DNA of 63,978 nucleotides, the filler included, from Catajapyx aquilonaris (taxonomy: Eukaryota): the NCBI GenBank assembly GCA_000934665.2. It is 4 parts of 4 records of this genome, joined end to end, with 100 filler letters (N's around TTAATTAATTAA, not from the genome) between each part and the next. Parts side by side here need not be neighbours in the genome. Positions count along the whole stretch, not along the records: positions 1 to 15,933 come from JYFJ02007350.1; 3 more parts are not named here. The stretch is one strand, 5' to 3'. This document shows positions 1-14,224 of this stretch, one piece after another. The stretch's first letter is position 1. The number at the start of each line of letters is the position of its first letter. The notes beneath the pieces were generated by a model. The model did no database searches, had not been told where the DNA came from, and was given only the letters and a program-made list of their open reading frames with translations. The translations under genes were made by a program, and so were the position numbers.

Positions 1-1686
1 TTCATATGTTGGGTTAGCTTGCATCTCCCTTCATCGCTGACTACCCCTCATAGGGAAATGTCGTGATGTTGTTGTTGTTGTTGTTGTATTATTATTACTA
101 CCAGAAAATATAACCAAACTCCAAACACTAAGAACAGCAGGAGTGAATGAATTTTCCATGGAATGGATAATTGAGATTTCCGAACCTGAAGCAGTGCAGA
201 AAAATACAATAAAATCCAACCTATATTCATCATATGACATGGATTACAATATTAACCCAACTGGCAACTTCATGATTGTATATCCGACTGGCATGGATCC
301 TAAATGTGGTGTACGTGTCTCTGCGGCATGTGTATGTGCAATGTCGCTGCTATAATATGACGAATCTATAATCCCGCGCCGTATATAGTTACGGAGCAGC
401 TGCAAAATATATTGTATAATGTATCATTCAATACCAAGGGTGAAGAGAAAAGGCAAAAAACATACACTCGCAGCTTCACTTGGACGCGATTGCTTCCCAC
501 CTCACCCCGCCATTATTGCAAAACAATATACCACAGTGTCATGATCAGGAACTGCCTGTATAATATTATTATTGTTGAGAGCAGCAGTGTGCATTGCACA
601 AGACGAGATGCTGACCAACCACTGTCGCACCCACAACCATTCTCGTACATAATATGCTGGGCGTATAATGCTCGCCATAAATACTTCTCCTTATTTCCTT
701 ATATAACGTTCTTATTACGCTCCACCCTGTGACAATCTCACAAAAGTGCGAAGCCAAAGTGTGTACGTGAACCAGGATGGGATTATACTAACCCGGCACA
801 TTATAGACACGGAATTCGGAGAGAGACGAAACAATAATATTGCATAGAGATTGCACATTCTGTGCGCATTATGCCCTGGTGACCTTGGCCCTCACTGCAC
901 TGGAGTAACCCAGCAAGAGTAACCAACCTGCATTACACCGTATGACCTGAGATGAGTAACAAAAAAATTGTGTTCTGGGAACACGTATGTTTCCTTATAT
1001 AGGAGGACCTCTCCCTTACATCAGGAACAGCATGGACTGAATCATCGTATCATGAGTCATGACGTTTTTAAGTCATCACTCGGCTGCATTGCATATTTGC
1101 ATCGTACATTATTGCAAGTACAGTGCGACCAATAAACAACCAATGGCCGCGCAATTATTATTGAGATGTCACTTTGCGCATTGTTATTGATGATGGCCCT
1201 GCACACCGCTCTGATTGCAAATAAAAGAGATGCACAGAATGGAATAGACCATAACATAAACCATGAAGCATATTATATTGCTGATGACAATGCGTAGTCC
1301 ATATATACGACATTACATACGACGATTTATGTAGGCTACGACACGCCGAATACGTTCGATACTATATTATTCCTTGCAGTTCGTCTATATATCAGGACTG
1401 CAGACGAGAAGGTTGCATCTGTCTCTGGACGGATGAGGCACGGCAGACAACGCGCCTCCTGATGTATATATATATATATAGTTAATAATTATATAGTGTG
1501 ATCTCGATTGAGACTGATGGACGCAGCAGCAGAGACTCGTATCATCATGGGATATAATATGCGACAGTCATGTCGAGCCAATAATTTGACACACTGCTAT
1601 ATACACACAATAAGAGGAAGAACAAGTCCAGCAGAAAGGAGGAAGGAATCGGCCCATCAACAGCAATCGAAGCATTGGCAGTGCAG

Positions 1687-1688
<2 letters not shown>

Positions 1689-1729
<41 letters not shown>
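1689..1729. repeat. (AG)n microsatellite
   Basis: Read directly from the sequence. Confidence 0.95.
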
Positions 1730-1733
<4 letters not shown>

Positions 1734-3399
1734 ACCAACGATGCATAATGTATTGGAACTGATGAGACACAAGTCATCGGTTCATCGCCTTGGTTATTGC
1801 AACAAGTCCTGGTGACCTCGATTTTATTGGGTCCTTGCAGAGCCAAGCTATATTTTTTAATGATTTAAAAACTATATTTATACACATCTCCACCGCTACA
1901 TATGCCGCCTGATTGTTTTTGTCCATCTATACTATCACGTTCAATCTGAACGCATCACACGCGTAATTGGGACACATGGAGATAGAGACATGAAGATATA
2001 GAAAATCTCTCCGGACTACCACAGTATATTAGACCAACAGACACCTTTTGCATCTTCGAGGACTCCATTTCATACTTCTATTGTGTATATAGATACAGCA
2101 TCATAATTAGGCCTGTACAGCTCTGGATGTTGCAGCAAAACTAATGCAGAGCAGGCTATGATTGGGTAATGGATGATGGGTAAATAGAATTATACACACT
2201 TAAACAGACCTGGCACAGACAGAGTGTCACGTGTATGTGTGGATATATATATATAGGGTCTGGTGACAGAGCGACACCTGTCCATCATATTCGGTTATGC
2301 CGTTATGGTGATGTGCTGAGGGATTCACCAACCTCCTCAATACACCATCAGGCGTGCATTGGGGCCATGCCTAAATCCAGTCAATAATGCAACGAACGTA
2401 CTGCACCGCCACATACTCCCTCGTCAATACAACCCATCATTTTATATAAATTAGAAATTGGCTGGACATTTTAGTAGTGGTCCTTCATCAGAGCAGCGTC
2501 ACCGCAACTTGTGATGCAATAGAGCGCAGGCAGCACTGCGTAGTACATGGGGCGGGGAACATACAGTAATATTATAGTAGTGTATACACATCAGCAGACA
2601 ACATGAAATCATGTGCATCATGGAGAGGATAGAAAAACACACGCAACTGCTGCGACAAGTGCAAGCAATAATGAATAGTGGAGCCAGCAGTTTCCTATCG
2701 GGATGTCTGCCTCCATCGCAGCATATTTCGCCAACAGTTACAGGACCATGCAGTCGTATGTAGAGCATCTTCTCGAGAGAGACGTGCAATCAACCAGCAG
2801 AGGAGACGGCACCGAATGAGAGCGTCGGAACAATACGGAAGAGTGTTCGATTATTCATACTGCTGCATCAGCTCTAATGGACAGCAGAGGCAACATGCAG
2901 CATCATATTGGTTGATGGGAATATCTGGGGAGAGAACCTTCCTCTTTCGCCCATCATCGAAAATGACATGGACACACCAACTTCTTAAAACAGAGCCCGG
3001 CACTTTTGGTTGCCGATCGAGAACACCAATGCATCGCCACTGAACCCGTCATTGTTGACCAATTACTTATTCATTGTCGAGAAGCACAACATGAATGTTG
3101 ATGCCATAGAATAATAAGACAGCATTTCTTCGTCCATCCCAATCTGAGAGTTGGAAGTGCTGTTCAGGGCACCCTATATAATAGTGGACCGGTTCCGGAC
3201 CAGATTTCTATGTATACTATTCTGTGTGTAGACGGACCCAAGGTGGTCCAAAAGAAGGTCGGAAAGAAAATGATGGTACCTTTCCGACGATACGTTCCAA
3301 TCAAAATCAACTGTCGGCAAACCATGGCAACCAGTGTTATCCTCACCACCAATTCTTGGTCTGGAATATGTTGTCTGTTACCTTAAGAGATTGGAGGTC

Positions 3400-3640
3400 A
3401 AGGCCAAGAGGTCACGTCCCTATATCGTAGGCTGTCCCCATCAAACCCTGACGGACACTGAACTGGCCAGTCCTCCGTCCATCAGGAGGAGCGGACACGA
3501 CGAACCAAAGAACACGTCCTCGCCTGACCACCTTCTCCTGGAGACTGGCTGGCTCTGACGTATAGAACAGGAGTCAACAATCCAGCAGGATAAACAAAGA
3601 GAGTCTCACCCCTTGTTTGTTGTCAATGGCAACGGAAACA
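3400..3640. repeat. About 230-bp dispersed repeat with an inverted copy at 15110-15355
   Basis: High-identity reverse-complement match (GGACACTGAACTGGCCAGTCCTCCGTCCATCAGGAGGAGCGGACACGACGAAC...). Confidence 0.8.
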
Positions 3641-4514
3641 TTCCAGCCTTGCTTATTACCTCATCATGGTTGACATGGCCACGCCAGTGGTGCCAATAAT
3701 AACGAGAGGGAGGTCATCTCCGAGAATACGGATGAAACGTGTGACCCGACGGAACAATGCCCATTCAACAACAAGGAACAGCCTCACTTCTGGCTCCTTT
3801 TTTAGTCTGATATTCTCTGATATGCTGAAGGATCCCCAACCGCGGACCTCTGTCGGCACATGTATACAATCAGTGTATAGCAGCCGGCTGCAGCACGTTT
3901 GCAACATTTCCAGATAATCTATTATCGCGGAATATCGCAGTGTGCATCCAACCGATCAGGCTGTTATTCGTCTAATAATATAATTGTGTCGTCGAGCATA
4001 AAGAAGAGGATTTATTGCAGGTTGCGGAATACACAAGATAGAGGTGGATGGAGCCTCCTTCTCTATTCCAAGACAGAAGAAACCATGCATCGTCAGACTA
4101 TAGCAATGTAATCATAGCTTAAGCATAAATCCGGATAAAAAACGACCAGTTCCATAACATTGTAATTACTTAGTGCGCAACGCCGGGTATCGCAGCTATA
4201 AGTTATAAATATGAAGTCGTTTTAGACACCTTTTCAACATGTATCCTGGCATGTCACTTCTGAAAGAAAATATAACTATCCCAATATAATATTGGTGAAG
4301 TTTCTTCTCTCCCCAAGTAACAGAGCTACACGGCTACAATGACTTCCTCATGCGACACAATCATGTTATAAGTGACCACTCCAGTGACCCCCATATAGCT
4401 TGTTCAAAACATATATTCCTCTCTATCTTTTTCAGGCCTACACTCATTTTATCTGCATGTTTTACAAACTTCCTACTTTCATTGATTCCTGTGAAAAGGA
4501 CGGGCATGGTTCCT

Positions 4515-4890
4515 TGCAAAAAAAAATCCTGATTCCGAGGGTATAAGCAGTTTTTCTTATAGACGAACGGTATGGCCAGTGTGAAGGCTGGAAGTGTGTC
4601 GTTCGAAAACCGCGCGCGGGGCAGGTGGGCGCAGGTGGCGACGCCACCAGAGTGGAACCGGGCGGAACTAGAGAAAGCATCCTGGCGCGGCATGGTGTTT
4701 ACAATGCGCACTATACTTCTCCGGTTTGCCGCGAGATGCTGTTGTATCGCCTTTCTTAGCAGACGACGTGTGTAGATATATGATTTTCCGTGTTACCGTT
4801 GGGCGTAGGAAAAAACCGATTGCACATTCGGAATCAGGATTTTTTGCCCGATTTTTGGGGGCCAACTTGTATTTTGAGTGGAGTGTCCCT
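4515..4890. mobile_element. Partial Kolobok/T2-like MITE, same family as 22147-22560
   Basis: Right end TTTTGAGTGGAGTGTCCCT followed by TTAA; subterminal sequence similar to the 22147-22560 element; left terminus not found. Confidence 0.6.
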
Positions 4891-7800
4891 TTAAAGTATA
4901 TTTTTTGTGGCAGCCTTTTTTTTTTTTTTTCCAAGGTCTGCAAAATGTGCAGGCTCTGTATTCATTTACGTAAGGTCGCATATAATTATGCAACACTGTT
5001 TTATAGCATGTGGTGTGATATAATATCATACAGTATAATAATTATATAGCTTAGATTTTGCAATAAAAAATAGTAATTCCAAGTAAGGGCATGAATCTGA
5101 AGCACGCCTTCATGGCAGGATGGCATTGGTAATGAGTGGTTCTTAGGCAATCGCTGCGAGTAACCTTCCTTATATGTAGGCTCTTTCTGACCGTGAGATG
5201 CATGTCATTACCACATTGGCTCTGATTTGAATTAACTATGATCAACGTTTACTTCCCGCCTGGGACCCTTCGTGGGACCTTATCTATATCGTAGAACAAA
5301 TGAAGTAATGATGGGAAAAAAATAAGACAAAAAAATGCGTAACTTCAATTCCGTATGGCGAGTATAGAACTGATGCGATGTTTCGAACTCAGATCCACAC
5401 CGTCCTGTTGCACACTCGGCCCTTTGATGAAGAAACCAAATTCCGAATTAGTAGTTGTCGAGTAAAAAATATAAACCTACTTTATAGTGGTTTTGTAAAA
5501 AATTTGCGGCATTTTGAAGAGGAATTCATGATATAGGAATGCACTTGACGACGGTGGGGATCTGTGTTCACTGAAAATATATTTGGAAGCTCTATCTACA
5601 GCAGAAAGTGAGTTAAAGAGCGAATAAAATCAACGCGTAGCAAGAAGACCAAAAGAATAACAAGAAGACGAACAAGTTGGAAGAATCCATTGTTGAAATG
5701 CTGCATGCTATGCGGACTTACCTAGGGGCTATCGGACCTAAAGTGGCATGTCTGCGCTTATTATTACAGAACACAGTATTGTAAATCATTATTTTACATT
5801 TGCAGGAGTTCCCGCGGTCGTGCTTTGCAGAGCTGGCTGTAAACGTAATGGCGAGAATTCCGCCTTACACAATAAATCCTAACATTCTTTGAATGTTTTT
5901 TTTTTTTTTTTGTCGAGGCAATGAAATATTCTCGAGAGACCTTTTTCAAGGACAGGAAAATATATTACTGTGTTCCACTTTACTGGCGTGCGCTGCTATG
6001 TAGTTATGTCGCTTTAATACTTTCTGACGCGGTAATCTGAATTCAGAAAATGCTGGCTGCTGCGCACACGTTTTATTCGGGCCACATCATGTCTTCCTCG
6101 TGCACTGTCACTCCCGTGATTCCACAGTATATTTTCAAATCCTCTAGGACTTAAACTCACTGAATATGCATATTTTGCAAACTTCTTTCGTTCATTTAAT
6201 TCATTCATCAATATTCCTGTCAGGAGGCTTATAAATATAGCCACAAGCGTGAAGCTTTTGATGTGGACTGATAGACCTCGCTTGCATTAGCTATTATAGT
6301 ATGAGATTAGATGCTGTCGTGCATATACCATATAGCTTAAAAACTACACGCTGGTATATAGTTTTTAAGCAATGATAATTATGCATCATGAAGATCATTT
6401 ATCAATTTGTCAAAATAATAAGTTATACTAATATAACTCGTAGGAGTCATTCGAATCACCATAATACGAGCAAAACTTTAATACCACATTGGGTTGTGGT
6501 AGATTACTTAATCTGATATACATATAGATTAATTTAAATTCTGTCATTTCACAATGTGACGATAAAAAAATTGGGTACCACACAATCCATATAGTGTACT
6601 TGGACACTCGCAGCACTGCCCACGACCGCCTCCTGAATAGAACTACTCCATTGTTGGATGACAGGGTGTGAGGGCCAACGTTGGAAAAGGAGGCCGAAGC
6701 AAAGAATGCGAATTATTATTATTTTTTAAAAAAAACGATCTTTCGAACATGCGAATCTGAGACAAAATTATGCAACCCGTATTATCTCAACAGCATGTTG
6801 TTGGCAGCAGTTGGTAAGGAAGTGTAAATTATTATCCGGCATGCTTTCTTCTGGATCCGACTCGTGTGACTTGTGAATCCCCGTCCCTGATGCCCCTGCA
6901 CGCGAAGGGAGAATACTGTATAATAATTAAATGTTTTAAAAACTCATGTAGGCCTACAGCGATACCTCTGAAATACAGTGTGTTCCACGTGCTTACAGTT
7001 ACATGATTTATTGCTTGCGGCTCAGACTTGTGAGACTTTTTCTCGCTGCTTTTGCGAGTGTAAATCCCCGCCGCCTCCTACACGCCCAGGGGATGCCGGA
7101 AGAATGCAATGTATATAATGTCCGGGTTGGTTAGAGGCACGCGAGCCAGCAAGACTACACAATGCAAGCACGACAAAAGAGGAGCTTGCAAGCAAATCCA
7201 GATAAATCCACTCCGGCGCGAAAATAATCCGGCAACGCAGGAGGCCTGCTCCACCCAATGCCTTTCCATTCAAATGAAGTTGCAAGAAAAACCAGGCATT
7301 TCCACCGAATAAATGTGCCCTTTAAAGCAGACCCAGATATATCCGAGAGCGGTCTTGATGAGCGATATAATAGGCCTAGATATTATGGGTGCGATACTCC
7401 CCTGCTATAGTGGGCTGTTGGCCACTATTGAAAGATGGTCTGGTCACTGTGCCTTCAGAAGATGATGCCGCCGGGAGGCCTTCAGAGGAGTGGCAATGTG
7501 GTGAAGACGACGTGCTGGGGGTATCAATATCGGTTGTCACATTACCTTCATTGCATTCTTGTGAAAAGAAAGATAATGCCATGATTTCCATGCAAGATCA
7601 GATATATCTATTTTTAGCAATGCCCTATACCCAACAATGACAATCACATTGAAGTAAAACAATTGTGTCTACACAATGGCAATCCCGATAGGCCGGGGCC
7701 AATATCGAGAAAAGTTGCAGCGGACAACATTGCACCAATGATGGTGAGGGCACTGATGCCCCATTGATGGTTTCCATGTTGTGGCCAACATTGCCCCAAT

Positions 7801-8120
7801 ATGGATTGCTGATGGGGATGACATATTATATATGATTTATCTGGATTTGCTGGCAAAGCCTCAAATGTATACTATGAGAAGGAATTTTGTTCGCCCATCT
7901 CCAAATGAGCCAGCTCTGGTGCTGCTGCACTGGATTTCTCGGAGAAAGGAGGACATGCAGGGGAAATGAGGTCCTAACATCAGGGTGGAATTATTTTATT
8001 CACAACTTCAGCTAGCCTGAACCGACCTCATGTTTGTCATGTCAGGGCACAATATAATATTATTACTGTACCCTACTCTACATGTTCATTAGGTAATTTT
8101 GAAATTGATTCGAGACAATA

Positions 8121-9374
8121 TTATCTCTGGACTCCCATGTCAGTCGGACCATCAATAATAATTCTGGTTAATAAATACAAAGCTATGCGATTGGCCAAGA
8201 TCCTGACGAGTGACAGGCGCATGAGGAACAGGAGGCCGAACTTGAGGGCGCGGAGCATCGTCTTGCTCCATCGGCCGGCGTGCTTCCTGACGTGAGAGTG
8301 ATCTATGCCGAGCAACCAGAAGGCGTACAGAGCGAAGGACTCTGCTGGAATCAGGTAGAGAGCGAACGGTACGATCAAGCTCAGGGCCTTGTAGTGCATC
8401 CTCATCACGTACTCGTCCTCCTTCGACATCTCTCTCAACGACGGCATGATGAACGTCGTCGTGTAGTGAAGCGCCTGCTCTCTGAACTGAAAGTATATGA
8501 TCGCGTACGAACAGTCACTTTTGAGTCGTTCTTATAATAGGGTAAGCCATGCCTCATACCTCGTCCAGTCCTTTTGAGAAAGTGTTGAACTTGTCCTGGA
8601 CACCCAGGTAGTAGGACAGGACCCTCCAGGTGTGCAGGAAGTCTTCCAGGTCTTCCCTGGACACTCCGTGGATGCCAATCTTCTCCGTGTACAACATGAT
8701 GGGAGACAGAATGCCCTGAGCCACTGAAATTGCGTCGAACTGGCTCATGAACATCTGGTCTGGCGGGAAAGAGAATTCCGGGACACCCGGTACTCCTCGG
8801 GTGTCTTCCCTGATGGCCTCCCACAGGACACACTCCTCGTACACTCCGGGCTCAGATGATACCTGGCAAAATTATTAGAGGTGAGAATCAGTAGGCAACA
8901 ATGAGACATCTCCTCTCTGCCGTTCATTACCTTGGGTCGTCCGGCCCACGTCTTCTCCGGATCCTTGTTGGCGATCCGACCGACCCTTGTGTGCATCTTT
9001 TGAACGGTGACCATGCGCTTGTAGGCCTCGTCCTCCGGGTCCCAGAGGTCACCTTTGAACCAGGGTGCGGTGTACCTGTAGGTGTCCAGGACGCGTTGGT
9101 AGCACCTGGACAAGCTCTCGAACTTTCTCGTCACGTAGAGTGTTTTAATGACTGGCTTGATGCTAAAGGAAATTGATGACCCCAGGAAAAAGGCGAGAGA
9201 TATCTGGGAGAAATACTTCCAGAAGAAGGCCTGACCCCTCCTGAACCTGTCCTTGTCCACCCAGGAAGGAGGAGGGTCGTCCATCGAAGGGGTGTCCAGG
9301 GCAGGGGTGGTCATGGCCTCCGTCCAGTGGTGGACCAGGCTCTCAGGCACCTTCTGCTGTGGCTGATACTTCAT
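8121..9374 (-). CDS. DUF2236 / ER-bound oxygenase MpaB-rubber oxygenase-like protein, about 370 aa, 3 exons (8931-9374, 8560-8862, 8121-8486)
   Basis: ATG at 9374 (MKYQPQQ). GT-AG introns 8863-8930 (68 nt) and 8487-8559 (73 nt), both phase 0, join three open frames. Motifs typical of the arthropod DUF2236 family: PPSWVDKDRFRRGQAFF, VQKMH (candidate heme His), MSQFD, EDLEDFLHTWRVLSYYLGVQDKFN. Confidence 0.85.
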
Positions 9375-9957
9375 CTTCAACTCACACCACTCGGCAATCC
9401 TCACTCTGTATGACCTAGTAAGATTCTTCCCCCGGCTTTTAAATAAAAATCTGGTTATATTTTTTTGTGGCGACCTGTCTTTCCAAGGCTTGCAAAAATT
9501 GCATGCGCTGTGTGTTCATTGAAGTAAGGTCGCATGCAATTAATGTGCTATACTGACACATTCACACATATGGTAGCCTATCTATAGCTTGGATTTTGAA
9601 CTATCTACAGTATGATATTAAAATTATGCAATTATTGTTGCCGCCACCTCTTCCTATTGGCCCCCGTCAATTGGCTGGGGGAGGTAGGCGGGGGGGGGGG
9701 AGTATGATGCGGATAATTATCATTAAGAACATGGCCTACACCGCAGGCCTAGAAAAGAGCGAGCGAAGCGAGTGGTTTTCCAGGCTGCTGCGCCCTAGGA
9801 AAATGCGAGCGGAGCGAGGGTTTTCCTACAGTAAATAATCTAAAGAAAGGCTGTGAAACGCAAACATCTTCGTGGGAACTGGCTTGCGCGGGGTGAGAAT
9901 AATTACAAGGTGAGGTGAAAATCCTACATGTAGTTACATCAGTTACATCCTTGTAAT

Positions 9958-10166
9958 TAGGTCTGTGCGATATATCGACTCTCGCGGTACGATGATATTT
10001 TCCTAATATCGAAGCTGCGATATATCCGAGGCTTGGCATGTGCGATGTATCGAATATCGCTATTTTTCGATGTCGGTTTTTCTATTTTCGATATCGACTT
10101 CGATGCTATATTTCTTGGAAGATATCGAAGGTCGATATTCAATATTTCGGATATCGCACAGCCCTA
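9958..10166. mobile_element. Short TIR MITE, hAT-like TAGG termini
   Basis: TAGGTCTGTGCGATAT ... ATATCGCACAGCCCTA with internal GATATC-rich repeats; TSD not clear. Confidence 0.55.
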
Positions 10167-10701
10167 TATATAAACTCGCTTGCATCATGCCAATAAGCCC
10201 GATATAAATATGAATGATGAAAGCACAAGACGTGACCTTTTGGAAGACTTGATTCTTGCAACCTACTTATTGCATAGTAACAATAAGTCATGCTGAGGTG
10301 TGTATTACCCCGGCATTAGTGACTAATATATTTCAGCACGCAAAATAGTGCATTAATATTTGAGACCCAGTCCAAGGGCACATGCGATGAAGGTTTCTAG
10401 ACATTCCGAATGATTAAAATGATGTCAGGCACGTACCTCATTAGTGTAAAACACATTTTAATTGTTTGATGGGGGTTTAAGAAGACCTTGAAACATATTG
10501 GCTTAGTTTAAATGTCACGTCCAGTATTTGGGTGTAGCTCGAAATGATTTTATTGGAAGTTGTTCCTTATATATTTTAGATGGAAAAAATGCCAAACTCA
10601 GTTTTAAAAAATCTGTAGCGAATAGTGTAGTGCCCCACATCCCATTCATATATAAGAAACATCGCTAATAAAATGATGGAAAGCACGGGGAAGGCTTTTA
10701 A

Positions 10702-11856
10702 GGTGGATATGAAGCTACCTCCCTAGTCAATTCAGTGTCTAGAACAAAAATGTTAATTAGAGCAGTTAAATTCGGGAAAGCACATGCATCTAATGCAGTA
10801 GTGGATGCTGAGGAATAATATGCATTCCATTTTAAAATCCACCGTAAACTCGATTTGTTACAGGGAAAAACCTAATTCACTTGCAACACATTGCCAACCT
10901 ACTGGAATGTACACACCTGAATTTTTAGTTTGCCATAGGCAGCATATTTAGGATCAAAGGCGACGGTAGTGGGTGACAGTTACGAGGCTCTACAATGTCG
11001 TGTTACATCCATTACATAATACACATTATCTTCGGAAAGGGAAGGGGATAAGTATAGGCTTTAATTTACGGTAAGTTGGTAGACCTGCTGCGAAATAGAG
11101 GTGGCAACGCTGCTCTCGCCCCAAGATGGCGCGTTCCAAGTGCACGATGCTCGACATTTTCTGGCTAGGTTGAAATATACATTTGTGCTCTTAGCGACGC
11201 CCTTGTCGTGCTCCTGTGGAGGTTGTGGAGGCAGGAGGGTCTCCGAGGGCGGACGACACAGTCAGATCAGGCGAGGTACTGTACCACATACACAGTAAAC
11301 CTGAATGTACATATTCACACTGTAAATCTCTCAGGCATCGAGCGATCATGAAAAGTTGTGACAGGGTCCTTAGATAACATGAGTTTGGTTTTAACATCTA
11401 ATTATAATTTTTATTTTATTTATTACAGTGTGGTTTTATCTAAGAACCCTGGTGTGATCACATATTTCAAATTTGGACGCTGCGCGCCATTTCGTAGGAA
11501 GACTGCCATGTTGCCACTTCCTCGCGTGCCTCAGGCTAACCCCGCGCCCTTTTTATTTTTTTCCACGATAACAATTTAAATCATTCGGTTCGATATGTTT
11601 TTTTGCGTTCTTTGTAATCACTATATTATTCTTCACATTTCACATATATTACTTTCAAACTGTCAAATTGTGAAGATGCTTTAAAATAAAGTTTTAATTT
11701 AACATTGGACAGTCGGCACATTCTGAGCCATTTTGCGAGCTTATTTGCCCGGTTAGGGGTGACTTTTTCCCACCATTGGGAAGAGGGCTTCTTACTCTAT
11801 AAACCCTGTGAATTTCAAAACGATGTCAAATTGTGAACCTTAGCTTCATATCCACC
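10702..11856. mobile_element. Non-autonomous TTAA-flanked DNA transposon, Kolobok-like
   Basis: Perfect 16-bp TIR GGTGGATATGAAGCTA / TAGCTTCATATCCACC with TTAA on both sides; no coding capacity. Confidence 0.7.
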
Positions 11857-12336
11857 TTAACAAACAACTCGGGAACTGTATTCCATCCTCGAAGTATATA
11901 GGCATTACTTATTCCAACCGATTTAACAATCTGGACATGTGTCAACCATCGCAAATTTATTTGGCAATTTCCAATGATTGGAAATGAGTAGTACAGCAAC
12001 AAGTGGTTCTTAAACGCAACTTTATACTTACTTGCGAAACTGAATGGGCTTTACTTATTTTCCCTGCTGGTCCATCAGAGAGTCTTTATTTACCTCGCAA
12101 TTTTCCAAGTCGAACAATCACGTGCAGCATTAGCTTGGCAACTCTGAACTAAATGGCCCCCATTTGACTACGTATATAGGCTCACAGATACACAGTGGTC
12201 CATAGACACTTGACAGACTTTGTGTTAACAAAGCGGACTTGGGCGGACGAATGTTGCTGGGTGCGGATCTGTGGCTTGCGAGCCAGCAAGGACACATGCA
12301 CAATATTATTACATCTTGCAACTGATTCAGGAATAT

Positions 12337-13958
12337 CTACTTGGTATGTATTATGTATTGGCTTGAAACAATCGTTCTGGCTATTTTCTGTGCGGCGCCG
12401 TTGACCAGGATCCTGACTAATGAGAAGCGCATCAGGTACAGCTGGACGGACTTGAGGACGAGGTGCATCGTCTTGCTCCAGAAGCTGACTCGTTTCTCGA
12501 CGTGTGAAGGAGGGTCCCTGTCGAGTATTAGCCAGAAGGTGTACAGAAGGCCTGTGTCTGCTGGAATCAGGTAGGCAGCTAACGGTGCTGCGATGATGCC
12601 CAGGGCCTTGTAGTGCATCCTCAGAACGTACTCGTCCTCCTTCGACATCTCTCTCAAGGACGGCATGATGAACGTAGCGGTATAGTGTCGCAAGTGCTCT
12701 CTGAACTGAAAGTATGTCTAATCTAGTAAGGCGGATGTTTGTCCACCACTTTTGGAATCGTGTTTCATTTTCGTCTCTCATATACCTCGTCCAGTCCTTT
12801 GGAGCAAGGGTTGAACCTGTCCTGGACACCCAGGCAGTAGCACAGGACCCTCCAGGTGTGGAGGAAGTCTTCCAGGTTTTCCCTGGAAGCTCCGTGGATG
12901 CCCATCTTCTCCGGATGCAACATGATGCCAATCAGAATGCCCGTAACCACGGACATGGCGTCGAACTGGCTCATGAACATCTGGTCAGGCGGGGAAGAGA
13001 ATTCTGGGACACCCGGTACCCCTCGAGCGTCGTCCCTGATGGCCTCCCAGAGGACACACTCCCCGTACACTCCAGGCTCGGACGATACCTGACGAATAAA
13101 ACGAGAGGTGAAAGTTGCTGGAATGTTGCACAGGATGGGTACCGGTAATAATAGTATTACATCTCGCACAGTATTTTAAAAATGGGAAAATTTGTTCACA
13201 TGTGTATGTATATATGTCCCACCTACCTAAATCACTTTCAGGCTACTGAGAGCCCTGAAACTTGGCGCTGATGGCTTGTGCCGCTGACTCTGGGATCATT
13301 CTGAAAGCCGCACTTTTTCCGGTCTAAATAGTCTACCCAACGTTAATGATTTCTTTACGTAACGTAGTCAGAGTGGTTATATATTTACGTTCGTTCAAAT
13401 TTCATGGAGTTTAGCACAGAGTAGCACATTTTTTTGAAAGCCTTATATCAGGAGTATGAAAATCGATGTTTGCATCACTGTTTGCTCAAATGGCAGCATG
13501 GCCGCCATTTTGAATTTCAAAAAGGNCCATTTCAAAGGTTAAAGTACCCAAAGAATGCACTGGTGGCATTATTGAACCTGTGATCTTGATATACAGGGTG
13601 TACAGCCCGGGGTTCCCCCTTCTTCTCGTGCGGAGTTGGGTCGTCTCTGGCTTCGTCTCGGGGGAGTTCACAAATTATGTACTGTACCATCTTGGAAACT
13701 TTGCACTGCACATTGCACATCCCCTCCTGTCATCCTGCAATGAATAGGCACCAAAATAATATGGGGGTGGGGATGTCCGTCGCAGGTTACTTGACGATAT
13801 CCTTGGCCCAGCATTTAGGGACTGCCTGCTGGGGAAACAAGTTGGACACCGACCCTGCACCTTGAATTCTTGTATTAGCTTTCTTTTAGTATAATCTCTG
13901 ATGTACTGTACAGGTTACCTTGAGGCACCTTCTGCTGCTGCTGATCCTTCATCTTCAT
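12337..13958 (-). pseudogene. Tandem paralogue of the DUF2236-like gene; exons 2 (12786-13088) and 3 (12337-12705) intact, exon 1 reduced to about 13 codons (13919-13958)
   Basis: Exon 2 has the same length (303 nt) and splice sites as in copy 1, and exon 3 is open. 13919-14010 matches the start and 5' flank of copy 1 (MKMKDQQQQKVPQ vs MKYQPQQKVPE). The rest of exon 1 is absent, replaced by unrelated sequence that includes a SINE fragment. Confidence 0.7.
13603..13738 (+). mobile_element. Truncated copy of tRNA-SINE family A
   Basis: Matches the body of the SINE at 21717-22070 (CTTCTCGTGC...TTCGTCTCGGG...TTGCACTGCAC...CATCCCCTCCTGTCATCC). Confidence 0.65.
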
Positions 13959-14224
13959 CTCACACCATCACTCGGTATAACGCTCTGAAAAGACTGCCTC
14001 GGCTTTTTACTGAAAATATTATAGGTAACTTACTGACGTTTATGACGGCTTTCTTTCAAGTACGCGTATTTCTTTAAAAAATAGAAGCGGTTAAACTTAA
14101 GGGTAATTGGATTGCATCGGCTTGCAGCTTGGTGAGTTGGCTCACCAAGGTCACCCAGTGATGACCACGTTGCAAGAATCGGGAAAGACGCACAACTATG
14201 GTATACATTTCGCCTATCGGATTT

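Noticed and set aside
105..310. Exon-like open frames in contig 1 (105-310 +, about 3231-3386 +, about 7400-7555 -)
   Set aside because: Plausible acceptors, but no recognisable protein and no consistent gene model.
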